Counted from the stretch's first letter, positions 52,802-63,990 are shown. The stretch is 64,000 bases of DNA from Nostoc sp. (GCA_036918135.1 JBALDB010000053.1:128001-192000); one strand, 5' to 3'. Translations and numbers: made by a program. The notes: generated from the letters alone by a model not told the origin.

Positions 52802-54937
52802 ATGGAACTCATATCACAAGTTCTTGCTTTGGAACCAACTTCCCAAGTTCTTGGCAAGGAACCAATTGTTTCTTTTGCTATTGTGCTCGTAGTTATCTTA
52901 GTTATACCGATCGTGTTTGAGCGACTAAGATTACCAGGATTAGTGGGTTTGGTTTTTTCTGGACTCGTACTTGGCCCTTCCGGGTGGCATCTATTTCAGT
53001 CAGACTCGCCAATGATTAACCTACTATCAGATATTGGGTTAATTTACTTACTGTTTGTCGCAGGGCTAGAAGTCGATCTCGAACAATTCCGCAAGAGAAA
53101 AAGGCGTGCCTTTGGGTTTGCTAGCTTGACTTTCAGTGTGCCGCTAATTATGGGAACTTTAGTAGGTCTTATTTTAGGCTATGGTTGGAATTCTTCAATT
53201 TTAATTGGCTCTTTATTCGCTTCCTATACCCTTTTGGCATATCCGATAATCACTCGTTTGGGAGTGGTAAATAATGAAGCGGTTACTGTCACTATTGGAG
53301 CTTCGATTTTTACAGATATTGGTGCAGTGTTCATATTAGCCATTTGTGTAGCTATCGCTCAGGCTGGGGCATTCAGCTTGGCTAAGCTACTCACCTTGTC
53401 GGGTTGGTTAATGATTTACTCTGTTGCTGTTGTCGCTGGATTTGATTGGGCAGGTAAAGAATTTTTTCACCGTTCGGGAGACGATGAAGGAAACAAGTTT
53501 TTGTTTGTGTTGCTTTCTGTGTTTCTTGCTGCTGTGGGCGCTCAATTAATAGGAGTAGACAAAATTGTTGGTGCTTTTTTAGTAGGTTTGGCGGTAAATG
53601 AAGCTGTGGGTGAAGGCCCAGTCAAAGAAAAGGTAGTATTTATTGGCAGTGTGCTGTTCATTCCGATTTTCTTTGTTGACCTTGGTTTGCTGGTCGATTT
53701 ACCTGCCTTTTTGAATAATTTGAACGCTCTGAAGTTAACGCTGTTGATTATAATCGGTTTGATTGCCAGTAAATTGCTCGCAGCATTGTTGACAAAACTG
53801 CTTTACCACTACAACTGGCGAGAAATGCTCACAATGTGGTCGCTATCACTTCCCCAGGTAGGTACAACCTTAGCAGCAACGTTAGTCGGATATCAGGCTG
53901 GATTACTCTCCTCAGAAATATTACACAGCATTATTGTTTTAATGGTTGTCACATCAACCTTGGGTCCGTCGATCACTGGTCGAATAGCTGTTGGTTTGAC
54001 TGCCTCGCCAGCCGTAGATCCACCACCAACTACTTTAGCAGATCGCGATGTAGCAGAAACAGACAGTGTGACTATAGTTGTACCTGTCTATAATCCTCAA
54101 ACTCAGCAGTATTTGATAGAAATGGCGACATTGTTAGCGCGTCAGTCAAATGGTAAAATTGTACCGCTCGCGATCGCTACTGCTGCTGCTCACATGGATG
54201 CACCGCAGTTAGAAGCTTCTGTTGAACGCAGCAAACGCCTGTTAACAAAGGCCACCGCCCAAAGTCGAGTATTAGGTGTAGCCGCAGAATCGGTGTTGAG
54301 AATTGATGATGCTTTTGCTCAAGGAATTAGCAGAGCAGCCCGCGAACAAAAAGCTAGTTTAATTGTCATGGGTTGGGGTAAACGTACTGGGTTGCGAGCG
54401 CTGTTATTTGGTAATGTCATTGATGGTGTGCTTTGGGCAGCCCATTGTCCGGTAGCAGTAACACGTTTGGTGGAATCACCAAAAAAAATTCAACGCATCT
54501 TAGTGCCAGTAGAAAATTTAACAGCACCAATATTGCAGCCTGTACAATTTGCCCACATGTTAGCACAAGCAAATCAGAGCCACATTACTGTACTGAATGT
54601 GTGCGAGCGCCGCACTAGTTCCAGTAAAATTGCTTGGAGGCGATCGCATCTCTCTTTATTAGTATCTAAATTAGCTCTACCCAATACCCCAGAAATTCAA
54701 ATTATCGCTCATGAAAATGTTGCTCAAGCAATTTTGCAAGCAGCACGATTATACGATTTAGTAGTTTTACCCTTTATACGCAATCGTACTAGTCCTGGAG
54801 GGTTAGCCATTAGCGATGTCACAACTGAGTTAGCTAGACAACTCACCTGCTCCATTGTCATGCTTGGAGAACCACAACGCACTCAAACAAATGTAGTTAT
54901 CTCTAATGTAGCTACTAGCATGACATCTGCTGTATGA
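52802..54937 (+). CDS. CPA2 cation:proton antiporter with C-terminal USP-like domains
   Basis: Multi-TM N-terminus (LLFVAGLEVD, FIPIFFV); VPVYNP, IVMGW, GNVID.V. Confidence 0.9.
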   Translation: MELISQVLALEPTSQVLGKEPIVSFAIVLVVILVIPIVFERLRLPGLVGLVFSGLVLGPSGWHLFQSDSPMINLLSDIGLIYLLFVAGLEVDLEQFRKRKRRAFGFASLTFSVPLIMGTLVGLILGYGWNSSILIGSLFASYTLLAYPIITRLGVVNNEAVTVTIGASIFTDIGAVFILAICVAIAQAGAFSLAKLLTLSGWLMIYSVAVVAGFDWAGKEFFHRSGDDEGNKFLFVLLSVFLAAVGAQLIGVDKIVGAFLVGLAVNEAVGEGPVKEKVVFIGSVLFIPIFFVDLGLLVDLPAFLNNLNALKLTLLIIIGLIASKLLAALLTKLLYHYNWREMLTMWSLSLPQVGTTLAATLVGYQAGLLSSEILHSIIVLMVVTSTLGPSITGRIAVGLTASPAVDPPPTTLADRDVAETDSVTIVVPVYNPQTQQYLIEMATLLARQSNGKIVPLAIATAAAHMDAPQLEASVERSKRLLTKATAQSRVLGVAAESVLRIDDAFAQGISRAAREQKASLIVMGWGKRTGLRALLFGNVIDGVLWAAHCPVAVTRLVESPKKIQRILVPVENLTAPILQPVQFAHMLAQANQSHITVLNVCERRTSSSKIAWRRSHLSLLVSKLALPNTPEIQIIAHENVAQAILQAARLYDLVVLPFIRNRTSPGGLAISDVTTELARQLTCSIVMLGEPQRTQTNVVISNVATSMTSAV

Positions 54938-55050
54938 TACAACTTAGAGTTCAGCCTACTCCAGTAGAGTCAGGCTGCGATGGCATTAACAAAAATCTCT
55001 TCAAGTAAATAACATTGACTGTAGAAGCCTATATCTGTACAGATGTACTA

Positions 55051-55138
55051 TTTAGTTTTAGTACCGAAAAAAAGTGTTAACTGTAAAAACACTTTAGTTT
55101 TAGTACCGAAAAAAAGTGTTAACTGTAAAAACACTTTA
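55051..55138. repeat. perfect 42-bp tandem duplication containing an inverted repeat
   Basis: TTTAGTTTTAGTACCGAAAAAAAGTGTTAACTGTAAAAACAC x2 then TTTA. Confidence 0.92.
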
Positions 55139-55392
55139 AGTTGTTGAAGATTTGATGAACTTTAGCTCAAAAGCTAACAATCTTGAGCAATGTTTGTTAT
55201 TTTGCTAATTAAATTGTTAACAAAGCATATAAAAACATCACAAAACTACAACTGTAGACAAACAGATGAATTCGAGAATAGTTTTCGATTAAATCTTCTT
55301 GGTTTTTCATTCTGTATTTTTATCCCAAAGCTGGGTAACCTAAAGGATAAGTGGAATAGATACTCAAAATATTTGTAAGTAACCAGGAAACT

Positions 55393-56343
55393 ATGAGAAT
55401 TTTGGTGACGGGCGGTGCTGGGTTTATTGGTTCCCATCTCATCGACCGACTAATGAACGATGGGCATGAATTAATATGCTTAGATAATTTTTACACAGGT
55501 CATAAACGTAATATACTTAAATGGTTAGGTCATCCGTACTTTGAATTAATCCGCCACGATATAACCGAACCAATTCGGTTAGAAGTGGATCAAATTTATC
55601 ATTTAGCTTGTCCTGCTTCTCCTGTACATTATCAATACAACCCAGTAAAAACCGTTAAAACTAACGTGATGGGGACACTAAATATGTTAGGGTTAGCCAA
55701 ACGTGTCAAAGCTAGATTTTTCTTAGCTTCAACTAGTGAAGTCTACGGAGACCCAGAAGTTCATCCTCAAAGTGAAGAATATAGGGGTAGCGTCAATCCC
55801 ATCGGCATACGTTCGTGTTATGACGAAGGCAAAAGAATCGCTGAAACTCTTGCATTTGATTACTATAGGCAAAATAAAGTTGACATTCGAGTTGCTCGGA
55901 TCTTCAATACTTATGGGCCGAGAATGCTAGAAAATGATGGTCGAGTAGTGAGCAATTTTATAGTTCAAGCCTTGCGTGGTACTCCTTTAACCGTGTACGG
56001 TGATGGTTCGCAAACTCGGAGTTTCTGTTACGTTTCTGATTTAGTAGAAGGATTTATCCGGCTGATGAATGGCGACTATGTTGGCCCAATCAATTTAGGT
56101 AATCCTGGTGAATACACAATTTTACAATTGGCACAAACTGTGCAGAATATGATTAACCCAGATGCACAGATTAAATTCGAGCCATTACCTTCGGACGACC
56201 CCCGGCGTCGCCAGCCTGATATCACAAAGGCAAAAACTTGGTTAAATTGGGAACCTACCATTCCTTTGCAAGACGGGTTAAAACTAACAATAGAAGATTT
56301 CCGCGATCGCATGAATAGCGATGTCAAGAATTCAGCCTCCTGA
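55393..56343 (+). CDS. UDP-glucuronate decarboxylase (UDP-xylose synthase)
   Basis: [38 protein letters not shown]. Confidence 0.94.
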   Translation: MRILVTGGAGFIGSHLIDRLMNDGHELICLDNFYTGHKRNILKWLGHPYFELIRHDITEPIRLEVDQIYHLACPASPVHYQYNPVKTVKTNVMGTLNMLGLAKRVKARFFLASTSEVYGDPEVHPQSEEYRGSVNPIGIRSCYDEGKRIAETLAFDYYRQNKVDIRVARIFNTYGPRMLENDGRVVSNFIVQALRGTPLTVYGDGSQTRSFCYVSDLVEGFIRLMNGDYVGPINLGNPGEYTILQLAQTVQNMINPDAQIKFEPLPSDDPRRRQPDITKAKTWLNWEPTIPLQDGLKLTIEDFRDRMNSDVKNSAS

Positions 56344-56486
56344 GCAGTGCCTAGCACCGCTCTCTACTTTCGTGCAAGCCGATCCTATTTGGTAGCCGGT
56401 ACTTTAGTGGCTGTGTTTCCTCTCGGTGTATGTGATGTTGACAATTCCTTTTTTAAACTAAAGCTCAATCAAACGAGGAGTTAAAA

Positions 56487-57878
56487 ATGCGTGTTTGCGT
56501 AATTGGTACTGGTTACGTCGGTTTAGTTACAGGTGCTTGCTTAGCTCATATCGGACATGATGTTATTTGCGTAGATAATAACGAAGAAAAAGTTAAATTA
56601 ATGAAGTCTGGGCAGTCTCCAATTTTTGAACCGGGACTCTCCGAAATTATGCAATCTGCTATTCAAGCAGACAAAATTCATTTCACAAGTGACCTCGCTG
56701 CGGGAGTTGCCCACGGAGAAATTCTGTTTATTGCCGTGGGAACACCACCTTTACCCACTGGTGAAAGTGATACTCGTTATGTTGAAGCTGTAGCCCGTGG
56801 TATTGGGGAAAATCTCAACGGTGGTTATAAAGTTATAGTCAATAAATCTACAGTACCCATTGGCTCAGGTGACTGGGTGCGGATGCTGATTCTGGATGGT
56901 GTTGCAGAGCGGCAGAAAACATTGGTACCCGCAGGTGGGGTGCCGAGTGATGAGAAATTACTTGAGTTTGTATCCGAGTTTGATGTAGTCAGCAATCCAG
57001 AGTTTTTGCGCGAAGGTTCCGCAGTTTACGACACCTTCAACCCCGATCGCATTGTACTAGGAGGCAATAGTCAAAGGGCAGTAGCCTTGATGCAACAATT
57101 GTATGCTCCAATTGTGGAACGCAAGTACGCTGAGAATCAATCTTTACCTTCTGTGCCAATTCTGGCAACAGACCTGAGTTCGGCAGAAATGATTAAATAC
57201 GCTGCTAATGCCTTTTTAGCCACTAAGATTAGTTTTATTAACGAAGTTGCTAATATTTGCGATCGCGTCGGTGCTGACGTCACCCAAGTTGCCAAAGGTA
57301 TTGGTCTAGATTCCCGCATTGGTAACAAATTTCTACAAGCGGGCATTGGTTGGGGTGGTTCCTGCTTCCCCAAAGATGTCTCTGCCTTGATTCACACTGC
57401 TGATGACTATGGCTATGAAGCCCAGCTACTAAAATCCGCTGTTAGTGTCAACGAACGCCAACGTTTGATTGCTTTGGAAAAACTCCAGCAAGTCTTAAAA
57501 ATTCTCAAAGGCAAAACTGTTGGACTACTCGGTCTAACTTTTAAGCCTGATACCGATGATATGCGGGATGCTCCAGCACTCAACTTAATTGAACAGCTAA
57601 ACCGACTGGGAGCCAAAGTCAAAGCCTACGACCCAATTGTTTCCCAAACAGGTATGCGTCATGGTCTTTCCGGTGTGCTAGTAGAAACCGATGCCGAAAG
57701 ACTTGCTGACGGCTGCGATGCTTTGGTACTTGTCACCGAATGGCAGCAGTTCAGCACTCTTGACTATGTGAAGATGGCAAAATTGATGGCCCACCCCGTT
57801 CTCATCGACGGTCGTAACTTCCTTGACCCTGAAGTCATGATCCGGGCTGGATTCCAGTATGTAGGTGTGGGAAGATAG
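56487..57878 (+). CDS. ugd: UDP-glucose 6-dehydrogenase
   Basis: GTGYVG, NPEFLREG, GGSCFPKD, FKPDTDD.R. Confidence 0.95.
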   Translation: MRVCVIGTGYVGLVTGACLAHIGHDVICVDNNEEKVKLMKSGQSPIFEPGLSEIMQSAIQADKIHFTSDLAAGVAHGEILFIAVGTPPLPTGESDTRYVEAVARGIGENLNGGYKVIVNKSTVPIGSGDWVRMLILDGVAERQKTLVPAGGVPSDEKLLEFVSEFDVVSNPEFLREGSAVYDTFNPDRIVLGGNSQRAVALMQQLYAPIVERKYAENQSLPSVPILATDLSSAEMIKYAANAFLATKISFINEVANICDRVGADVTQVAKGIGLDSRIGNKFLQAGIGWGGSCFPKDVSALIHTADDYGYEAQLLKSAVSVNERQRLIALEKLQQVLKILKGKTVGLLGLTFKPDTDDMRDAPALNLIEQLNRLGAKVKAYDPIVSQTGMRHGLSGVLVETDAERLADGCDALVLVTEWQQFSTLDYVKMAKLMAHPVLIDGRNFLDPEVMIRAGFQYVGVGR

Positions 57879-57965
57879 AGACCCAACAGCGATTAATTAT
57901 GGATAAGAATTGATTACAATTCATAATCCATAATTTCTAACTCAGTTTAAAGTTTAAAGATTTAC

Positions 57966-58008
57966 AATACCGCCTAAATCGTTTTAGGCGGTATTTAATT
58001 TGTTTTTA
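57966..58008 (+). terminator. intrinsic terminator after ugd
   Basis: AATACCGCCTAAA-TCGT-TTTAGGCGGTATT plus T-rich tail. Confidence 0.75.
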
Positions 58009-58109
58009 TTGAAACTTTTTTAGGCTTTACGTGAATAAGCAAAACTTTAGTTTGGATTTACTCTTTCTGAACGGCTTCGCCAAACGTGTCTTTGCATAAG
58101 ATTATCAGA

Positions 58110-58904
58110 TTAAGAGCTACGTGGAATTCGCTCAATTTCAGCATATCCACTGAAAATCAGCTTTTGACCTTCAGTTTCTAAACGATTAAGCCGCATTTTT
58201 ACCCCATCAAGGTCAAAACGATCCAAATCGACCATATTATCTAAAATTTCTACCAGGGTTACACTCAACGTTTGAGAAAGTTCTCTTTGTGCTTCTGGCA
58301 CTTGGTCGAGTTCGATTTTCGGGTCTTTGAAAGAAACTCGCCGCCGCCTTTCAATGCCTATGGTTAAGGTCATAGTTAGGGGCACAAGTTCGCCATTATT
58401 TAAATCTGCCTTTGCTTTGAGCTGTAAGCGATTTTCAGGCAATAGCTGTACCTGGACTTCTGTAAAAGAGACTGGTTCGCCACCAGATAATGCTGTCAAT
58501 GATGGTACAGTGAGGTAAAGCAGGCGCTTTTTCACTAGTTCTGCATTAAAGGCGTGGTTGATGCCTGCCTCTGATAAGATTACTTGAGCGATCGCTTGAG
58601 TCGGTTGCTTGAGATTGAGTTTGCCGCTTAAAACCGAGCCAAAGTCAATAGCCACTGCATCGGTTTCAAATGACATCTCCTCCACCGCAAAATCTTTCCG
58701 AATCACCAGTCCACGACCGCTCATTTTGAAGCTATCAATGCTGCCTTGCAACAGTTTGCTTGAGGGATAGCAGCGCACAAAGACTTCTACTAACTCGCTT
58801 TGGGTAAACAAGTGGCGAATTGTTTGGCTGGCGACTGTATTGAGCATTTGCTCTCCCCAATCTGTGCCTTTAGGATTTTGTAAACCAGTAAGTCCGCCGA
58901 ACAT
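58110..58904 (-). CDS. DUF2993 (LmeA-like) protein
   Basis: SKLLQGSIDSF, ETDAVAIDF, L.QPTQA; likely ATG at 58904. Confidence 0.8.
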   Translation of the reverse strand: MFGGLTGLQNPKGTDWGEQMLNTVASQTIRHLFTQSELVEVFVRCYPSSKLLQGSIDSFKMSGRGLVIRKDFAVEEMSFETDAVAIDFGSVLSGKLNLKQPTQAIAQVILSEAGINHAFNAELVKKRLLYLTVPSLTALSGGEPVSFTEVQVQLLPENRLQLKAKADLNNGELVPLTMTLTIGIERRRRVSFKDPKIELDQVPEAQRELSQTLSVTLVEILDNMVDLDRFDLDGVKMRLNRLETEGQKLIFSGYAEIERIPRSS

Positions 58905-59332
58905 GTGGTTTTGGGTCTCTAGAAGTTCTTTGTACTCTTGTAACAAATTGTGAAGAATACAGCAAGCGATCCCACGATTGATTGTGCTGATGGATCGGTA
59001 TAAGATGGCTGATGGTTGCTAATTTAATGTATTAAATATTACTTAATTGGACAAAGTTAGTTATTATTGCAGATAAAAGGCTTAGTGAAAAGAAAATATG
59101 TGGATGAAAAACTTTAGAAATTAGACTAAAGAATCTCTAAGTTGAAGGGCAAATGGCACTTACTTAAGTAAAAGTTGCTGCCTAGCTCCTCAACTTCTTC
59201 AAGAAGTCGGCGAGTCTAAATCTAGCTTAAAACAAGTGACATTCATCCCTAAGTTAGAAAATCTGCCCAATGCTGCTACTTTGGATAAAGCAATGCAACA
59301 GGGGCAGATACTTACGTTTCAAGTCTAGAGTC

Positions 59333-61342
59333 TTACTCTAAAAAATTAGGCTTGGGAGTAGTGACACCATTTCTACCAATGGCTGGTATTTCCACTAGCT
59401 GGTCTGTAGCAGTAGGAGTTCCATTAGTATTGCCACTCGGAGTCACTGAAAATTGATTGCCGGGATGTCCATTAGGGATGAACAATTGAGGATGGTCAAA
59501 GGGTGCTTTTTCTAGGAGGACTCGTTCATCGGTGAGTCCGGTTCTTAAGAAAGCAACCAAATCAGCTTTTTTAGCATCGGTTAAGTTCAAAGGTGGTACA
59601 CCAGATCCACCGTCATCACCTCGACCACGATTGTAAAAGTCTACCACTTGCTCTAGAGTTAACTTCCCACCGTTATGCATATATGGAGCTGTCAAGGCGA
59701 TGTTACGGAGGGTAGGTGCTTTGAAAAGTGATGTGGTAGTGTTTCCGGCTCCTGGATCGTCTGAGGCAGGTCTGACACCGTAGTTAGGGAAGAAGCCGTT
59801 AGTTGGATTAGTAATGAGCGGATCGGTTGAATCAGTTGAAGCTACTCCTACGGTTCTTCTCACGGAAGCTCTAGTGAATTCTGGAATCGTATGGCAGGTA
59901 TTACAATTACCGCCACCATTAGCCGTATTATTGACAAACACACTCAGACCGCTTTTTTCTCGATCGGTGAGAGCAGTAGTATTTCCCGCTTGGAATTTAT
60001 CAAAAGGTGTTTGGTCAGACACAAGAGTAGAGATATACTTTTGCATTGCTAACCCAGCGAATAAAGAGAAGTTCCAATCTCTGAGGGAAAACTGATTTGC
60101 AGGTAAAGTTTGTCCTTCCTCACTCTCATTACTATCATCATTTTTGGGGAGAACTGTTGGTGTTCCATTACTGTCAACTTGAATAATTGACTTTGACTTC
60201 CACCATTGCCTCTTAAAGGCTTGCCGAATTAAGCGATCGTAGGATGCGACATCCAGACCTGGTTTAGGGTATCGACTGTTAGAGCCTAAAACACTGTCTT
60301 GCTCATGTACAAGTTGTTTACCTAAAGGTCTGAGGCTTTTGATCTGCTGACCTTTTTTCCGCAGAAACTTAGCACCAACTTGAGGTAAAGTACGACCACT
60401 AGCAGATACCTCAAATGGACTCAATAGTGGTCCGGTTACTAGGGAAGCTAGAGAGGAATTGTTGAGCGAAACGGAAACAGCAGTTAGTTGGTTTGCTTTT
60501 GTAGCTATGTAAACTTTAGCATTAAAGTCTGCTGCTCCTTTTATATTCACTCCATTGAAGGTTTCCTTAGCACGACCATCCCAAAACTGGAGTTTGTTGA
60601 ATATTGCATTAATTACCGTTGGGGTATTACGCGGCTCAACTCGACGCACATTAATTCCATTGACTTGAAAGCCGTCTGGGTCTGGCTCAGATGTAGTCGA
60701 ATCCACTGCTTGACCTGGAATAGTGTTATTCAAAACACTGTTAAACACACCTTGAGATGAGGCAACATCGTTAGTGTCAGAAATAACTGTACTGGTTCGG
60801 TCATTAGGATCTGCCAGTTTATGAAATGGAAAATCTGCCGCCGTGAGTTGATAGTTTGCACCACCACCTACCTGGAAAGTTATATCTTTCAGTGATGCCA
60901 AAAAACCAGGATTGATTTGATTTTTTGATCTGTTATCAACTCCCGCATGAAAGTGACAAGTTGCACAGGACTGAACGCCGTCACTACCAAGCTGCATATC
61001 CCAGAATAGGGATTTTCCTAACTTGAGTAGGGCTGTTTGGTCTTGAACAAAGTCTCCGAGATTGCTTGGTTGAGCTACTGCTGTCAGAAGTGGTGGGGTC
61101 GCCGGGGTAGGGTCTCCAGGTGTAACAGGTGGAAGACTGGTTATGTTATTTAAGGGAGCCGGGTTCGGTGTTACTTGGGCGGATACAATACCTCCACCAA
61201 CACTCATCAGAGAAACTATGACAAAAATTGCCACAGAGCGTGAATATCTTGATACTATTTTGGTTTTAAATCTTAAATAAATCCAAAAAAGCATCAAAAT
61301 TAGCACTAGTAACATTGCTAATGCGCCATTTGACGGTATCAT
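59333..61342 (-). CDS. di-heme cytochrome c peroxidase/MauG-family protein
   Basis: LGK.LFWD, CATCH, RNTPT, FWDGR, CNTCH, FKAPTLRNIALTAPYMHNG; GAGGT RBS. Confidence 0.9.
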   Translation of the reverse strand: MIPSNGALAMLLVLILMLFWIYLRFKTKIVSRYSRSVAIFVIVSLMSVGGGIVSAQVTPNPAPLNNITSLPPVTPGDPTPATPPLLTAVAQPSNLGDFVQDQTALLKLGKSLFWDMQLGSDGVQSCATCHFHAGVDNRSKNQINPGFLASLKDITFQVGGGANYQLTAADFPFHKLADPNDRTSTVISDTNDVASSQGVFNSVLNNTIPGQAVDSTTSEPDPDGFQVNGINVRRVEPRNTPTVINAIFNKLQFWDGRAKETFNGVNIKGAADFNAKVYIATKANQLTAVSVSLNNSSLASLVTGPLLSPFEVSASGRTLPQVGAKFLRKKGQQIKSLRPLGKQLVHEQDSVLGSNSRYPKPGLDVASYDRLIRQAFKRQWWKSKSIIQVDSNGTPTVLPKNDDSNESEEGQTLPANQFSLRDWNFSLFAGLAMQKYISTLVSDQTPFDKFQAGNTTALTDREKSGLSVFVNNTANGGGNCNTCHTIPEFTRASVRRTVGVASTDSTDPLITNPTNGFFPNYGVRPASDDPGAGNTTTSLFKAPTLRNIALTAPYMHNGGKLTLEQVVDFYNRGRGDDGGSGVPPLNLTDAKKADLVAFLRTGLTDERVLLEKAPFDHPQLFIPNGHPGNQFSVTPSGNTNGTPTATDQLVEIPAIGRNGVTTPKPNFLE

Positions 61343-61880
61343 TAAGACCTCGCTATACGTGCGGGAATCATGACGTTGAGGCCATTCGTGATAGATTAAA
61401 ACAAAATTTATTTTGTCAAAGTATTTACGCTGTAAATTAGCTCAAAATTGAGGTATCAAATTCAATTTGACACAGAATTTTGAAGACAAGAATGAGTGAT
61501 GCTTTTTCAGATGACGCATAGGCGTAGCCAGCCTTAGGCACTGCTAACCCAAAAATTGTGTTTTCCAATCTCATTTTTGCCAAACTTTTAAGCACTATTA
61601 CTTGTTGACAAATTGATTATGCTCTTAATCTTTCATGAACAGGTTGAGGCTGACTTCACGAAAACTCAGCCTTCATTTATGTAGTACTAAACTACTAATG
61701 GGAGATTGTAACTATCTAGAAAATACTAAGCAGCATCGAGCTGATTCTGTAGGCATTTCGAGAACAAAGAAGTTTTTCCTCGCAAAGGAGATTTCGTTGT
61801 TTAAACGCAATACCTGTGAATGAAACTGTACGAAGAATAAACTAATCAGGTAAAGATGATAAAAAATATAATATTGTACT

Positions 61881-61935
61881 TATTAACAAGCTATTAACAA
61901 GATATTGAGAAGCTATTAACAAGATATTGATAAGT
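61881..61935. repeat. five tandem 11-bp direct repeats
   Basis: TATTAACAAGC TATTAACAAGA TATTGAGAAGC TATTAACAAGA TATTGATAAGT. Confidence 0.85.
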
Positions 61936-62250
61936 TAATAACTTGTAACCCACATTGTGCAGGTTAGTTTTCAAATCTTGGTATTTTTTATAAACCTACT
62001 ATAATAATGGTTTCAGACATTTAACCTCTAGAAAGTACTCTGCGATCGCAAAGAAAACAAGTATCAAAATTCCTTTTATTGATAATAATGTCAATAAAAG
62101 CGATTAACAGTATTATTTATTGGCTGTATCGTCTCAGCTTTGCCGATATAACAGCTTGGAGCAAGCCACAAGTTGCACCCAATAGTGAAGACAAAGAAAT
62201 GATGAGGTATTATAGTCAAACAAGTTATCCTCGACTGAACATAGAGCCAG

Positions 62251-62279
62251 CGATGCCTACGGCGGGCTATGCCTACGCT
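62251..62279. repeat. small dispersed repeat in a split HIP1-like site
   Basis: GCGATGCCTACGGCGGGCTATGCCTACGC; related inverted copy near 61516-61545. Confidence 0.65.
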
Positions 62280-62591
62280 CTAATTTATAACCGTAGTCAC
62301 ACTCTTTAGGACATAAGGATGGGGTGAATGCTAGAGTTAGCAATAGTTTTACCTCCTGCCTCCTGCCTCCTGTTATAACTTGCTTTTTAAACAAGCCCGT
62401 AAGCATCGCTGGCTAAAAAATTGTCTTCCAATTCCGATTTATCGCACACTTTAAGCATTATTGCTTATTGACAAATGGTTAATAACCTAAAACTAATTTT
62501 CAGGTATTTAGACCATGATTGATACGGACAGTAGGAGTGGGGAATAGTGTAGTTGAATAACTTGAAAAGCGCTGTAAACTCTCACCAATGC

Positions 62592-63842
62592 CTACCTAGT
62601 CAACAACTTCCGCCGCAAATTATCTAAGGCTGCATTGGCACTGACATGACGAATTAAAGCTCGGCCTCGCACTGTACCAAACTGATACTCAAAACTTGCC
62701 ACTTCATCGTTTGGCCCAGCTAAACCAATGTAAACTAAACCCACCGACTTAGTATCTGTCCCTCCAGTTGGGCCAGCAATACCAGTAATACTCAATCCCC
62801 AAGTTGTTCCAAGGCGGGTTTTGACTCCAATTGCCATTTGCTCGGCAACAGTAGCGCTTACCGCCCCAAATTTATCTAAATCTTCTGGGTTAACTCCCAG
62901 CAGTCCAACCTTCACCGAATTGTCATAAGAAATTACTCCACCCCAAAAGTAATCAGAACTCCCAGAAATCTCAGTCAACATTTGTCCCAGTCCGCCACCT
63001 GTGCAAGATTCTGCCACTGAAAGCGTTTCTTTTGATGCACGTAACAACTGACCAACAACAAAAGCAAGGGTATCATCATTGATACCGTAAAAATCCAGTC
63101 CGGCAATTTCTTTAATTTGTTTCTCAATGGGTGCAATTAGGGCTTCTGCTGCTGCTTGTGAAGTTGCTTTAGCAGAAACTCGCAATCTTACTTCCCCTTT
63201 ACCTGCATAAGGAGCTACGGTAGGATTTGGCAAATTTAAATAAGAAGCAACCTTTTCTGCTAAAGCAGATTCACCAATACCCCAAAACTTTAAACTCCGG
63301 CTGTAAATAATTTCCTTACCCCAACCTTGACTTTTGAGAAATGGCACAGCTGTTTCTTCCCACATTGGGTGCATTTCACTGGGAACGCCGGGAAAGGTAA
63401 AAATAGTTATTTTAGGACGGGGTTGCCAGATGATACCGGGTGCTGTTCCAGTCGGGTTGGGTAGAATTTCTGCACCTTGGGGAATCAAAGCCTGCTTGCG
63501 GTTACTTGGTGACATAACCCGACCGCGTTGAGCAAATTTTTGGGTTATGTCTTCGATGATGTCAGAGCGTTCTACCAACGGAACTTGAAAAAAATTGGCG
63601 ATTGTTTCGCAGGTGAGGTCATCTGGTGTCGGGCCGAGTCCACCAGTGAAAATAAGAATTTGCGCTCTGGAAATGGCAATTTCTATAACTTGCTTCAAAC
63701 GTTCTGGATTATCCCCAACCACTGTTTGATAGTAGTGGGGGATACCTAGCTGGGCTAATTGTTGCGCCAAAAATTGAGCATTGCCGTTAAGGATATCTCC
63801 CAACAGCAGTTCAGTACCAACACAAATAATTTCTGCACTCAT
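62592..63842 (-). CDS. cinA: competence/damage-inducible protein CinA (NMN deamidase)
   Basis: GTELLLG, GGLGPT.DD.T, AESCTGG, TGIAGP.GG; ATG at 63842. Confidence 0.96.
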   Translation of the reverse strand: MSAEIICVGTELLLGDILNGNAQFLAQQLAQLGIPHYYQTVVGDNPERLKQVIEIAISRAQILIFTGGLGPTPDDLTCETIANFFQVPLVERSDIIEDITQKFAQRGRVMSPSNRKQALIPQGAEILPNPTGTAPGIIWQPRPKITIFTFPGVPSEMHPMWEETAVPFLKSQGWGKEIIYSRSLKFWGIGESALAEKVASYLNLPNPTVAPYAGKGEVRLRVSAKATSQAAAEALIAPIEKQIKEIAGLDFYGINDDTLAFVVGQLLRASKETLSVAESCTGGGLGQMLTEISGSSDYFWGGVISYDNSVKVGLLGVNPEDLDKFGAVSATVAEQMAIGVKTRLGTTWGLSITGIAGPTGGTDTKSVGLVYIGLAGPNDEVASFEYQFGTVRGRALIRHVSANAALDNLRRKLLTR

Positions 63843-63852
63843 TGAATTCGGA

Positions 63853-63990
63853 AGGGAGTAGGGAGTAGGGAGTGGGGAGTGGGGGCAAATGGGGAGATGG
63901 GGAGTGTGGGAAGTGTGGGGAGTGTGGGGAGTGTGGGGGGGAAAGATTTCTTCCCCATCCTCCCACACCTCCCACACCTCCCACACTCCC
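63853..63990. repeat. STRR tandem/inverted repeat tract
   Basis: GGGAGTA heptamers; GGGAGTGTG nonamers mirrored by CCCACACCT. Confidence 0.85.

Noticed and set aside
55051..55138. Possible CRISPR mini-array
   Set aside because: Two contiguous copies with no spacer and no cas genes.
62079..62309. 76-aa ORF
   Set aside because: TTG start, no motif, and part of it is a translated dispersed repeat (AMPTAGYAYA).
63843..63986. N-terminal extension of the CinA ORF (WEVWEV, HTPHTP)
   Set aside because: Translation of an STRR tract; homology begins at MSAEII.
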